Positions 9,441-17,442 of a stretch of 58,796 bases of DNA are shown piece after piece. This DNA is from an uncultured Alphaproteobacteria bacterium (GTDB taxonomy: Bacteria; Pseudomonadota; Alphaproteobacteria; RF32; CAG-239). The position numbers and the translations under genes were made by a program. The stretch covers positions 1 through 58,796 of the forward strand of contig CAMAJR010000002.1 of the NCBI GenBank assembly GCA_945835885.1, read 5' to 3'. The first letter of the stretch is position 1, and each line of letters opens with the position of its first letter. Below the pieces are notes generated by a model. The model had not been told where the DNA came from, ran no database searches, and saw only the letters and a list, made by a program, of their open reading frames with translations.

Positions 9441-10832
9441 TTATTTTCCCTCTAAAATCGCTTTGAATAGCTCATGCACACTCGGAATATGGTTGTGTGC
9501 ATAAAGCGGGTCGGTGGCAAAGCGATATACATTATGACCGGCAAATGCCAAGTTATTTTGAATATCACCGCCGTGACCGATATTCATCAACGTTTGATGA
9601 ATGCAGTAGGTGCGCGGGTCCGGAATTTTGCCGGTTGTGCCGTTTTCGCGCGACCAACTCGAAAATTGGCATTGTGAAAGGCAACCGACGCATTCGGAGC
9701 GTTGTTTTTGCATTTCAATCCATTCGTCCGGCGTTAGAAATACAAGCGTTGAATCCGGCGTTTCTTTAATCATAGAATAGCCGAGCGTGCGTTGTTCTTC
9801 AACCTTTTGTTTGTCGCTCGGATTGATATAAACCGCTTTGTGCGGTGCAATCGGCAATAAAAACGTCAGTTCGTCGGTTGCAGTGTCGCTGTATGATATC
9901 TCCGCTTTTTTACGGCGCATAAGGTTGCTCAAAAATTTGTTTTTAATTGCTGATGAAAAGAAACCCGTCGGGCTGAATTTTTGCAAAATCACATCACCTT
10001 TTTGTGCGTGCATCATCAAAATTTTCCACGCCTCACTAATCGGGCTTTCTTTGGTAATCATCGGACGTGTGCCAAATTGAAACGCAACATTGCCGAGTTC
10101 CGGATTGTCAATATAATCTTGCCAGTCGCTCAAACTCCATACACCGCCGGCAATAATAATCGGCAAATTTTTCAAACCGAGTTCATTCAGAACTTGGCGA
10201 AGCGCAACCAAACGTTCATAAGGGCGTTCCGGCGCAAGAGGATTTTCGGCGTTTGAAAGACCGTTGTGTCCGCCGGCAAGCCACGGGTCTTCATAAACGA
10301 CACCGCCTAAATATTCGGCATAATTTTTGAAAGCGCGTTTCCATAAAACAGTCATAGCGCGAGCCGATGAAATAATCGGGTAATAATAAACATTGTGCTC
10401 AGAAGCGATTTTGCCCAAATTATACGGCAGTCCCGCTCCGCAAGTAACACCGTGAATCAGGCCTTTTGCTCCGTCTAAAACGCGGGTGATGACTTCTTGC
10501 GAATCAGCCATTTCCCAGAGCATATTGATATGGATACGGCCGTTGTTACCGGCAATATCGTGTGCGATTTGCGCTTGGCTGATGCCGCCTTTAATGGCAT
10601 ATTCAACCATTTCGCGATGGCGTTTGGCGCGGATTTTTTCGTGGAAAATTTCCGGTATAATTGTTCCTTCAAGCGAAATTTCGGTCGGACTGACCATCGA
10701 GATTGTGCCGACGCCGCCTTCTTTGGCCCAAGAACCCGAACTTTTTCCGTCCGTTCCGTTAATACCTTTACCGCCTTCAATCAGCGGATAAACCATTGCG
10801 CCCGAGATATTGATTTTGTTTAAATTTTTCAT
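9441..10832 (-). CDS. FMN-dependent TIM-barrel oxidoreductase, nitronate monooxygenase (NMO/2-nitropropane dioxygenase) family, long form
   Basis: 463 aa counted from the ATG preceded by a GAGGTG SD (the table ORF starts 10 codons earlier). NMO-like layout (YPLIEGG.G, GVTCGAGLP, IIAGGVW..., FQFGTRP) plus a Cys-containing C-terminal extension (CVGCLSQC). Confidence 0.55.
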   Translation of the reverse strand: MKNLNKINISGAMVYPLIEGGKGINGTDGKSSGSWAKEGGVGTISMVSPTEISLEGTIIPEIFHEKIRAKRHREMVEYAIKGGISQAQIAHDIAGNNGRIHINMLWEMADSQEVITRVLDGAKGLIHGVTCGAGLPYNLGKIASEHNVYYYPIISSARAMTVLWKRAFKNYAEYLGGVVYEDPWLAGGHNGLSNAENPLAPERPYERLVALRQVLNELGLKNLPIIIAGGVWSLSDWQDYIDNPELGNVAFQFGTRPMITKESPISEAWKILMMHAQKGDVILQKFSPTGFFSSAIKNKFLSNLMRRKKAEISYSDTATDELTFLLPIAPHKAVYINPSDKQKVEEQRTLGYSMIKETPDSTLVFLTPDEWIEMQKQRSECVGCLSQCQFSSWSRENGTTGKIPDPRTYCIHQTLMNIGHGGDIQNNLAFAGHNVYRFATDPLYAHNHIPSVHELFKAILEGK

Positions 10833-10976
10833 AATCTTACACCTCACTTGTTTTTTGCCCAAATCTCCCCGTTTTCCGAATTAAACCGGAATGATATTAA
10901 AAATATAATACGCTTTTTTTTGTTTGAAAAGTAGGCACTTTCTGGAATTATAGTTTCCTAAGAGAAACAAATGCGA

Positions 10977-12437
10977 TTATTCGCTGAGTTTGAACCATTC
11001 AAACGGCACGCCGTTGACGACTAAAAAGGCAATGATAAAACTGATGTAGGCATAAATTTGCAACATACTCGTTAGACTGCGGTGCATTATATCCGAAACC
11101 ATGGGCGAAACCGTGTTCAAAAATTTGTTGATGCCTAAAATACCAAGAAAAATCAAAGTAAGTTGCGCAAACATTCCGGCATTCAGCAGTGTGTCCTTAA
11201 AAGAAGAAGCAATTTTGTAGAGAAAAGTGAAAAAAAGCAAAAGCGCAATCATTAAAACGTTCAAACCGTGATATTTAAATTTATCGATTTGTTCCCGTTC
11301 CAGTTTTTTGCGACGCAAATTTTCGGTGGCCAATTTTTTTACTTCCATTCCGCGCACGGTTTCCGGTTCTTGTTGCTGCTTTTTATAATTGTCCATACGA
11401 ATTTTGAACTTTTCAGCCACCATACACAAACCGCAACCCTTTGGGGTGAAATAAACATGGTTTTTATCTTTTTTGCAACGTTTGTAATGATTAAGCAAAT
11501 AATCCAAATGGGCTTGCCATTCAAGTGCGGACGGGCGCTTTTTGTCTTTGGTAAAGGCACGTTCAAAGAGATTCATCGTTTCTTTATCAAAATAATCGTG
11601 CAAACTGTAAGGATGCGGACGTTGATACGAATCCGGCCATAAACTGTAAGCATAGTGATAACCGGCTATCCGCTCCTGCAACGAAAGCATTGTGTCATTT
11701 GGTTTGCACGGTGTGCCCGAAAACGGATGAATACCGTCATTTAAAAGTTTAAAAATAATAACCGCCAAGGCGAATTTATCCTGTTCTTCTCCCATTTCTT
11801 CGCAAGTTTGGTTCATACCTTCCGGATAAATATATTCTTCGCTGACAAATTCTGCCGGATAACGCGCACCGTTTTCGCCTTTAATTGAAAAGCCGTCGCA
11901 ATCAAATACGACAACAAGCTGATTCTGCTTATAAATTGAAACGTTTGACGGTTTTAAGTCAACAATATAGTGACCGCAAGCGTGCAATGCCGCGACGACC
12001 GATGTAATGTTATAAGCGGCAAAAACACGGTCGAGATAGCGTTCACTCAAACCGAGTTTTTGTCGGGTTGCTTTTTGAATGAGATAATCAAGAGAAATTG
12101 CCTCGTTTGTATCGATTTGCGGCATCAGGTAGCCGATACAAAAGCCCTGCGTGTCTTCAAGCAAAGCGGTAGGCCACGCAATTTGATAATATTCGCGTCC
12201 GTTGTCATTTATGGTCGGAATGTTCGGTCGGTTATGCAACATGGCTTCAAGTTTTTGCCGATTGGTGCCGCTTCGTTCTTTTTCGTGAAAAATTTTGGCA
12301 ACGCTGTTCGGATGTGTCATATCGCGATAGATTTTGCCGGCGGCTCCGCCTTTGTTGAGCATTTCACCCAACATAACACGTTCGTTATGCCCGTCCGGAT
12401 ATAAAGCCAAGCACAATGTTCCGGCATTTTTCATCAT
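10977..12437 (-). CDS. Hanks-type Ser/Thr protein kinase, membrane anchored (yegI-like, TerY-P triad kinase)
   Basis: G-loop-like GGAAGKIY, VAKIF lysine, catalytic loop IVDLKPSNV, VFDCDGF in place of DFG, and IIFKLLNDGIHPFSG. Downstream are RCKK..(13)..CGLC, a coiled-coil and about 3 C-terminal TM helices. The start ATG overlaps the PP2C stop (TAATG) and follows a GGAGG SD. Confidence 0.8.
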   Translation of the reverse strand: MMKNAGTLCLALYPDGHNERVMLGEMLNKGGAAGKIYRDMTHPNSVAKIFHEKERSGTNRQKLEAMLHNRPNIPTINDNGREYYQIAWPTALLEDTQGFCIGYLMPQIDTNEAISLDYLIQKATRQKLGLSERYLDRVFAAYNITSVVAALHACGHYIVDLKPSNVSIYKQNQLVVVFDCDGFSIKGENGARYPAEFVSEEYIYPEGMNQTCEEMGEEQDKFALAVIIFKLLNDGIHPFSGTPCKPNDTMLSLQERIAGYHYAYSLWPDSYQRPHPYSLHDYFDKETMNLFERAFTKDKKRPSALEWQAHLDYLLNHYKRCKKDKNHVYFTPKGCGLCMVAEKFKIRMDNYKKQQQEPETVRGMEVKKLATENLRRKKLEREQIDKFKYHGLNVLMIALLLFFTFLYKIASSFKDTLLNAGMFAQLTLIFLGILGINKFLNTVSPMVSDIMHRSLTSMLQIYAYISFIIAFLVVNGVPFEWFKLSE

Positions 12438-13186
12438 TAAACCTCCGCCCATAAAATTGTTTTGTCATCTGCGTTAATACGTTGCGCGCGGGCGTCGTCC
12501 AAGGTGTTTTTCAAGGCACGCACGGCATAAGTTTTGCGTTGTTCTTTTTCTAAATATTCAACAATCGGCACGAAAAATTTGCGCTGAATTTTATAAAAAT
12601 CGTTTAAGAAAACGAATCCGGTTACGCCGTCGGTCATCAGCATCAAACGGTTAATATCGGCAAACGGTTTGAAGCGCAGGCAATCGCGCCAATCGGACAT
12701 AGTGTAAAAATATGTTTCGCACGAAAAAGTGCCGTTCTCCGGCTCCGAAATAAACAAATTGTCATAGTTGCCCGCGTTAAAAGCAATTCCCGCTCCGTCG
12801 CCGATGTGAAAAAATATTCCTTTGTCGTTGTGGTAAAAAAAACCGATAACCGTGGCTGAAAAATTGATTAAATCGCTTTCAGATTTGCTTTTATTGAAGC
12901 GGTGGAAAATTAATTTTTGACGTGCGATTTCTATGGCTTTGACAACATCACGCCGAATCGTTTTGTGATTTGAGCGCACCAATAAATCACACAATGTTTT
13001 GCACACGATTTTAGCGCCGATTTGACCGTATGGCGCAGAGCCGGCTCCGTCTGAAACAACGCCGACAAGTTTGTTTTTCAGAGTTTTTGAACACGCATAA
13101 TCCTGACAAGGCATTTTGTTGGCTTTATGCAAAGCACCGCGAAGGCAGGCAGACAGAGTTCTTATGTGTGTTTGTTTGTTCGGCAT
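12437..13186 (-). CDS. PP2C-family protein phosphatase (yegK/pphC-like)
   Basis: 249 aa counted from the ATG 4 nt after the vWA stop. Motifs QDY...VGVVSDGAGS, FFHIGDGAG and LMLMTDGV are typical of bacterial PP2C_2-type phosphatases. Confidence 0.75.
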   Translation of the reverse strand: MPNKQTHIRTLSACLRGALHKANKMPCQDYACSKTLKNKLVGVVSDGAGSAPYGQIGAKIVCKTLCDLLVRSNHKTIRRDVVKAIEIARQKLIFHRFNKSKSESDLINFSATVIGFFYHNDKGIFFHIGDGAGIAFNAGNYDNLFISEPENGTFSCETYFYTMSDWRDCLRFKPFADINRLMLMTDGVTGFVFLNDFYKIQRKFFVPIVEYLEKEQRKTYAVRALKNTLDDARAQRINADDKTILWAEV

Positions 13187-13190
13187 ATTT

Positions 13191-13871
13191 TTACTTTTCG
13201 TTCCACTCGGTGATGTCATCGAGATATTTGTTGGCATTCGGGGCAGCTTTAGAAATGCATGAAACACTGCGGCTGAGCCACAGGAAAAATTCGGTGAATT
13301 TTAAGCCGGTCAATCGTTTGGGCGGCAAAATCGAAAATTTGGCGAGCTTTTCCAAGTTGGCACCTTGTGTGCCGATGGCGTGGATGACGACCTTTTTATT
13401 TTTTTGCGCATAGCGGCAGAGTTCTGCCGAATCTTCCCAACCGTAGTCGGTCGGCTCGCCGTCGCTGATGAGAAAAATCCACGGACGTTTAGATGTTACG
13501 CCGCAACTGTCGTATAGGCATTTTTGCTCTTCGATTTTTTGTAACGCTGTTTCCATTGCTTTACCGAGCGGGGTTAAACCACTGGCTTCCATTGTCGGAG
13601 CCGTAAAGTTCATGGCATCTGTCCAGTTCGATTCGATTTTAATTTCGTCTTTACCGAACGCTTTAACAATCAGCAGTTGCACACGGGCACTGGCATCAAT
13701 ATCTTCTTTGAGTTCTTTTTCAAGTGCCGCCAAGCCGGCGTTGAGTTGTTTTATCGGTTCACCGCGCATTGAGCCGGAGCAATCTAACACCAAAACGCAC
13801 GGTGTGCGTTCGTTGGCATTGTCGGCAAATTCGACATACGGGATTCGTTCTATTACATTTTTATCGGACAT
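13191..13871 (-). CDS. von Willebrand factor A domain protein, TerY / YegL-like
   Basis: 226 aa. Intact MIDAS motif in PCVLVLDCSGSMRGEPI, GLTPLGKA, and WIFLISDGEPTD. The size and layout match the TerY family. GGAG SD. Confidence 0.85.
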   Translation of the reverse strand: MSDKNVIERIPYVEFADNANERTPCVLVLDCSGSMRGEPIKQLNAGLAALEKELKEDIDASARVQLLIVKAFGKDEIKIESNWTDAMNFTAPTMEASGLTPLGKAMETALQKIEEQKCLYDSCGVTSKRPWIFLISDGEPTDYGWEDSAELCRYAQKNKKVVIHAIGTQGANLEKLAKFSILPPKRLTGLKFTEFFLWLSRSVSCISKAAPNANKYLDDITEWNEK

Positions 13872-13880
13872 CGTTTTCTC

Positions 13881-14018
13881 CTAACGTCGCGGATAGTTGT
13901 GCGGATAGCCGCTGCCTTCTACCGGACTTGGTTGCGAAAAGCGTCCGCAAGCCGAAAGAGCGGTTGAAATACCGACCAATAAACAACACCATAAAATTAT
14001 TTTACATACTGATTTCAT
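13881..14018 (-). CDS. Small lipoprotein (45 aa), not in the ORF track
   Basis: My own translation gives MKSVCKIILWCCLLVGISTALSA|CGRFSQPSPVEGSGYPHNYPRR*, with a canonical n-region, h-region and L-S-A-C lipobox. The stop lies 9 nt upstream of the vWA start on the same strand. Confidence 0.55.
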   Translation of the reverse strand: MKSVCKIILWCCLLVGISTALSACGRFSQPSPVEGSGYPHNYPRR

Positions 14019-14112
14019 TTGTTAACCTTTATTTTGTAATCTTGAAATTATATATTAGTATATCGGGTAAAAGTTAAAGATAGCTTATTTTTTTAACAGA
14101 AAGTTGATAACT

Positions 14113-14682
14113 ATGAAAAAAATTTTGCATTTTCTCATCGCTTTGTTTTTGTGCACGTCCGCAATATGTCGCTCGGTTGAGGCAAAGATAAATATTTTTG
14201 AAAAACCGCGTTATATTCCGGCCCTCAGCGTTTATGACGATGCGAATAATGCGTATCAGCTCAAAGATTTTCATTCCGATTTGGTGATTGCGCTATTGTG
14301 GTCAAAAACTTGCGGACCGTGCCTGAGTGATTTGCGGCGGCTCGGTGCATTTGTCACACAAACGAGAGAAGAAGGCATTGAAGTCATTTTAATCTCGCCG
14401 GAAAAAGAATGGCGCACCGTTGCCGATAAAAGGGCGTTTTTACGCCGTTTAAATGCAGCGAATATGGTCAGCTTGAATGATAAAAACAGCCGATTTAAAG
14501 ACGGTATGGGTGTTGGGGTGACGCCGACCGCGATTTTGGTTAATCGCAGCGGCGAAGAAGTCGGACACATAACCGGTTCGGTCGAATGGGATAATCCGAA
14601 AGTGATTAAATATATGAAAAACTTGCGCAAAAAGATTTTAAAACAACTTGATGAGCGCGAAACCGCCGATAAGCAACACTAA
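14113..14682 (+). CDS. Periplasmic thiol:disulfide oxidoreductase, TlpA/ResA/DsbE family
   Basis: Signal peptide MKKILHFLIALFLCTSAICRSVEA and thioredoxin-fold CxxC motif WSKTCGPCLSDL. Confidence 0.8.
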   Translation: MKKILHFLIALFLCTSAICRSVEAKINIFEKPRYIPALSVYDDANNAYQLKDFHSDLVIALLWSKTCGPCLSDLRRLGAFVTQTREEGIEVILISPEKEWRTVADKRAFLRRLNAANMVSLNDKNSRFKDGMGVGVTPTAILVNRSGEEVGHITGSVEWDNPKVIKYMKNLRKKILKQLDERETADKQH

Positions 14683-15231
14683 AAACAGAATCGAAAGCCA
14701 TCCGAGATTTTTTTCGATAAAAATGCGCATTTTTTCGCCGTATGCTTTCAACAACCACGCAATTACAAAAAAACGTAATCCGCGTGCGATAACGGAGGCG
14801 AGGGTGAATACCGCAAGGTTTAAATGCACAACGCCGCTGGCAATCGTGATGATTTTATACGGAAACGGCGTAATTCCGGCTCCGAAAACAATCCACGCAC
14901 CATATTCCGTATAGAGATTTTTAAATTGATTGAACTTATCCAAATATCCGTAAAAATCCAGTAGCGGTTCGGCAATCAGTTGAAAGAAATAAAAGCCGAT
15001 AATATACCCGAGATATGCGCCGATGACGCTGGCAAACGTGCAAACGCCGGCGATTTTCCACGCTTGTTTCGGTGTGGCAAGAATCATCGGAATCAGCATA
15101 ATGTCAGGCGGAATCGGAAAAAACGAACTTTCAATAAAAGAAAACGCGGCCAACCAATATAAAGCATATTTTGAGCCGGAAAGGTTAATGACTTCATCAT
15201 AAATGCGCCGAATCATTCGGTTGAAAAACAT
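14638..15231 (-). CDS. DedA/YqaA family membrane protein
   Basis: 197 aa. FIESSFFPIPPDIMLIPM and the TM pattern are typical of the DedA (SNARE-associated) family. AAGGAA SD. The 3' end overlaps the convergent tlpA-like gene by 45 nt. Confidence 0.8.
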   Translation of the reverse strand: MFFNRMIRRIYDEVINLSGSKYALYWLAAFSFIESSFFPIPPDIMLIPMILATPKQAWKIAGVCTFASVIGAYLGYIIGFYFFQLIAEPLLDFYGYLDKFNQFKNLYTEYGAWIVFGAGITPFPYKIITIASGVVHLNLAVFTLASVIARGLRFFVIAWLLKAYGEKMRIFIEKNLGWLSILFLVLLIGGFALIKLF

Positions 15232-15271
15232 CGCGGGTTCCTTAATCTGTTTGTTTTAGATTAAGAGCATA

Positions 15272-15901
15272 TTATGCTAAAAATTTTTCGATTTCAGCAT
15301 AGTTATTATGCCTATCCACATAAAAAATACGCTGATGATTCAATGTGTGGCGCGCGCTTACAAATTCCGGAGAATACTCAATAAGCACGGTATCAGGCTG
15401 ATTTTTTTGTAAATACAGAGCGGCCGAATCCGGATTATGCACTTCAAAATAATCATACCGACTGTTGTTTAAGCTCTCGTGCAAGGCATCGCCGTGCGGT
15501 GAATACGAATCAAGAAGCATAATACGGTGCGTCTTGTTGCCGTGCGTAAGGCTTTCGAGTATATCCGTCAATATCGAAAAGTCTGCCGGCATATTGAGCC
15601 AACGTGTGATTTTCGGGTGTGCGCTGAAATTTTCGGTCGGCGGGTTTAAGGCAATTACCGGAAAATTGACATCTGCCGCTTTATTGAAAAAACTGTCCAA
15701 CATTTCTGCCGGCCGGCGTTCATTTTGTAAATTGATAACCGTAATGTTCGGTTTGATTGCCTGTGCATAGAGTAGCAGCTGATATATATTGTCTGTTCCG
15801 AAAGTTTTGAACGCACGACTGTCGTAGATATCGGCAAATGCCGGAAGAAAACCGCGCCGATTATCGTAGAAAAAAACATTTCCGTTATGAGATGTTTGCA
15901 T
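15272..15901 (-). CDS. Hypothetical protein (209 aa), possibly a degenerate receiver-like (flavodoxin-fold) protein
   Basis: AAGGAAG SD. The C-terminal half (HRIMLLDSYSP...YFEVHNPDSAALYLQKNQPDTVLIEYSPEF) follows the beta-alpha pattern of CheY-like receivers but lacks the acidic pocket. Confidence 0.5.
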   Translation of the reverse strand: MQTSHNGNVFFYDNRRGFLPAFADIYDSRAFKTFGTDNIYQLLLYAQAIKPNITVINLQNERRPAEMLDSFFNKAADVNFPVIALNPPTENFSAHPKITRWLNMPADFSILTDILESLTHGNKTHRIMLLDSYSPHGDALHESLNNSRYDYFEVHNPDSAALYLQKNQPDTVLIEYSPEFVSARHTLNHQRIFYVDRHNNYAEIEKFLA

Positions 15902-15950
15902 TATATCTTCCTTTCGTGATTATGAAAAATATAATCGCGAATCTCAAAAC

Positions 15951-16799
15951 TTAAAGGGCTGAATGCTGAATTAAAAAGGCGTCATAAGTATTTTGCAACA
16001 ACATCGCAATAGTCATCGGACCGACTCCGCCGGGCACCGGTGTTATGGCGGCGGCTTTATCAACAACATCATCAAAATCTATATCGCCGCAAATTTTGCC
16101 GTTGTCGCGGTTTATACCGACATCTATCAAAATCGAATCCGGCTTTATCCAATCGGCTTTAACTAATTTGGCAACACCGCATGCGGCAACCAAAATATCG
16201 GCCTTTTGCGTCAGTTCTTTAATGTTGCGGGTGTGAATATGTGTAATGCTGACAGTGCATTCTTGATTGAGCAACAAAGTAGCAAGCGGTCGGCCGACAA
16301 TCAGAGAAGCACCGATTAAAACAACGTTTTTGCCGCTTAAATTTGGACAATGTTGTTGTATCAGTTTCATAATTCCGAGCGGTGTGGCGGCAATAAAATA
16401 CGGTTTTTCGTTGTTGTGCAACATTCCCGTATTGTATGGGTGGAATCCGTCGACGTCTTTGGTCGGTAAAATTCGGTTGATGATTTTATGTGTATTTAAA
16501 TGTGCCGGCAACGGTAATTGCACGATAATTCCATTGACATCAGTGTTGCGGTTACAGTCATCAATAATTTCCCAAACGGTTTGTTCGGCAGTATTTTCCG
16601 GCAAATGGTAGAGTTCTGTTTCAATACCGATTTCGGCTGCGGCTTTTTGCTTGTTTCTGACATAAATCAAGCTGGAATCATCATTGCCGACCAAGATAAT
16701 CGCCAATTTCGGCGCAGAATTTAATGTGGCGATTTTGTTTTTAAGCTCGGTGCGAACCTGCGCTGCCGTTTCTTTTCCGTTGATTATTTGCGCCGTCAT
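15951..16799 (-). CDS. folD: Bifunctional methylenetetrahydrofolate dehydrogenase/cyclohydrolase
   Basis: 282 aa with ILVGNDDSSLIYVRNK, VQLPLP, DVDGFHP, GRP and PVPGGVGPMT motifs. Confidence 0.96.
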   Translation of the reverse strand: MTAQIINGKETAAQVRTELKNKIATLNSAPKLAIILVGNDDSSLIYVRNKQKAAAEIGIETELYHLPENTAEQTVWEIIDDCNRNTDVNGIIVQLPLPAHLNTHKIINRILPTKDVDGFHPYNTGMLHNNEKPYFIAATPLGIMKLIQQHCPNLSGKNVVLIGASLIVGRPLATLLLNQECTVSITHIHTRNIKELTQKADILVAACGVAKLVKADWIKPDSILIDVGINRDNGKICGDIDFDDVVDKAAAITPVPGGVGPMTIAMLLQNTYDAFLIQHSAL

Positions 16800-16800
16800 T

Positions 16801-17118
16801 TTAATTTTCCTTTATTAAAGCATTTAATTTTTGCGTCAGTTCCGGTGTCAGTTGCACGCTGACATAAAGTTTTTTTAAGTGTGCCGTTGCGCCGCTGACA
16901 AGTTCTATGTTTTGTTTGGCAATTTGCAATTCTTTGGCGAGCATTTTAACTAAGTCTTTATTGGCTTTGCCTTTTTCGGGTGCCGTTGTTATACCGGCTT
17001 TCAGATAAATTTGTTCATCAGCATTTTTAAACAATTCACCGAAGCCGCAAGCAGATGCGTTCGGCGTCAGTTTTATGCGCACGATAAAACCTGTCTTAAA
17101 CGGTTCATAAAAACTCAT
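16801..17118 (-). CDS. yggU: DUF167/YggU family protein
   Basis: 105 aa. I(R/K)LTPNAS, APEKGKANKDLVKMLAKEL and a VSGATAHLK-like ending are typical of YggU. It is adjacent to yggT, as in many genomes. Confidence 0.8.
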   Translation of the reverse strand: MSFYEPFKTGFIVRIKLTPNASACGFGELFKNADEQIYLKAGITTAPEKGKANKDLVKMLAKELQIAKQNIELVSGATAHLKKLYVSVQLTPELTQKLNALIKEN

Positions 17119-17119
17119 C

Positions 17120-17431
17120 TCAGTATTTTAATCCGTTGCTGAAATTTGAAATAAAGAAACCGATAAACATCAAAATAAGCAGCAAAATATACGGCGAAAT
17201 ATCGTGTCCCGATAACGGTTTGATTTTTTTGCGTAAAATTTTATAGGCCGGTTCGGTCAGAGATTTTAAGATTTCCATAAATTTCTCCGCATATTTGTTA
17301 TGCACGGACATAATTTGATAATGCAGCATCCAATATAAGATAATATCAACGGCGACAACCTTAAAATACAAGCTGACAACAATGCTTAACACATCTAATA
17401 GCGCACTTGCAAATGATCCGAATAAACCCAT
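17120..17431 (-). CDS. yggT: YggT family membrane protein
   Basis: 103-aa two-TM protein after an AGGAGG SD. Call rests on conserved pairing with yggU and YggT-like size and topology. Confidence 0.65.
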   Translation of the reverse strand: MGLFGSFASALLDVLSIVVSLYFKVVAVDIILYWMLHYQIMSVHNKYAEKFMEILKSLTEPAYKILRKKIKPLSGHDISPYILLLILMFIGFFISNFSNGLKY

Positions 17432-17442
17432 TTTATTTCCTC

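Noticed and set aside
14638-14682. 45-nt 3'-3' overlap between the convergent tlpA-like and dedA-like genes; also the shared TTAA stop of lgt and the GGDEF-like gene at 928-931.
   Set aside because: These are real in the sequence but common in compact genomes. There is no additional structure suggesting regulation, so I noted them only as signs of tight packing.
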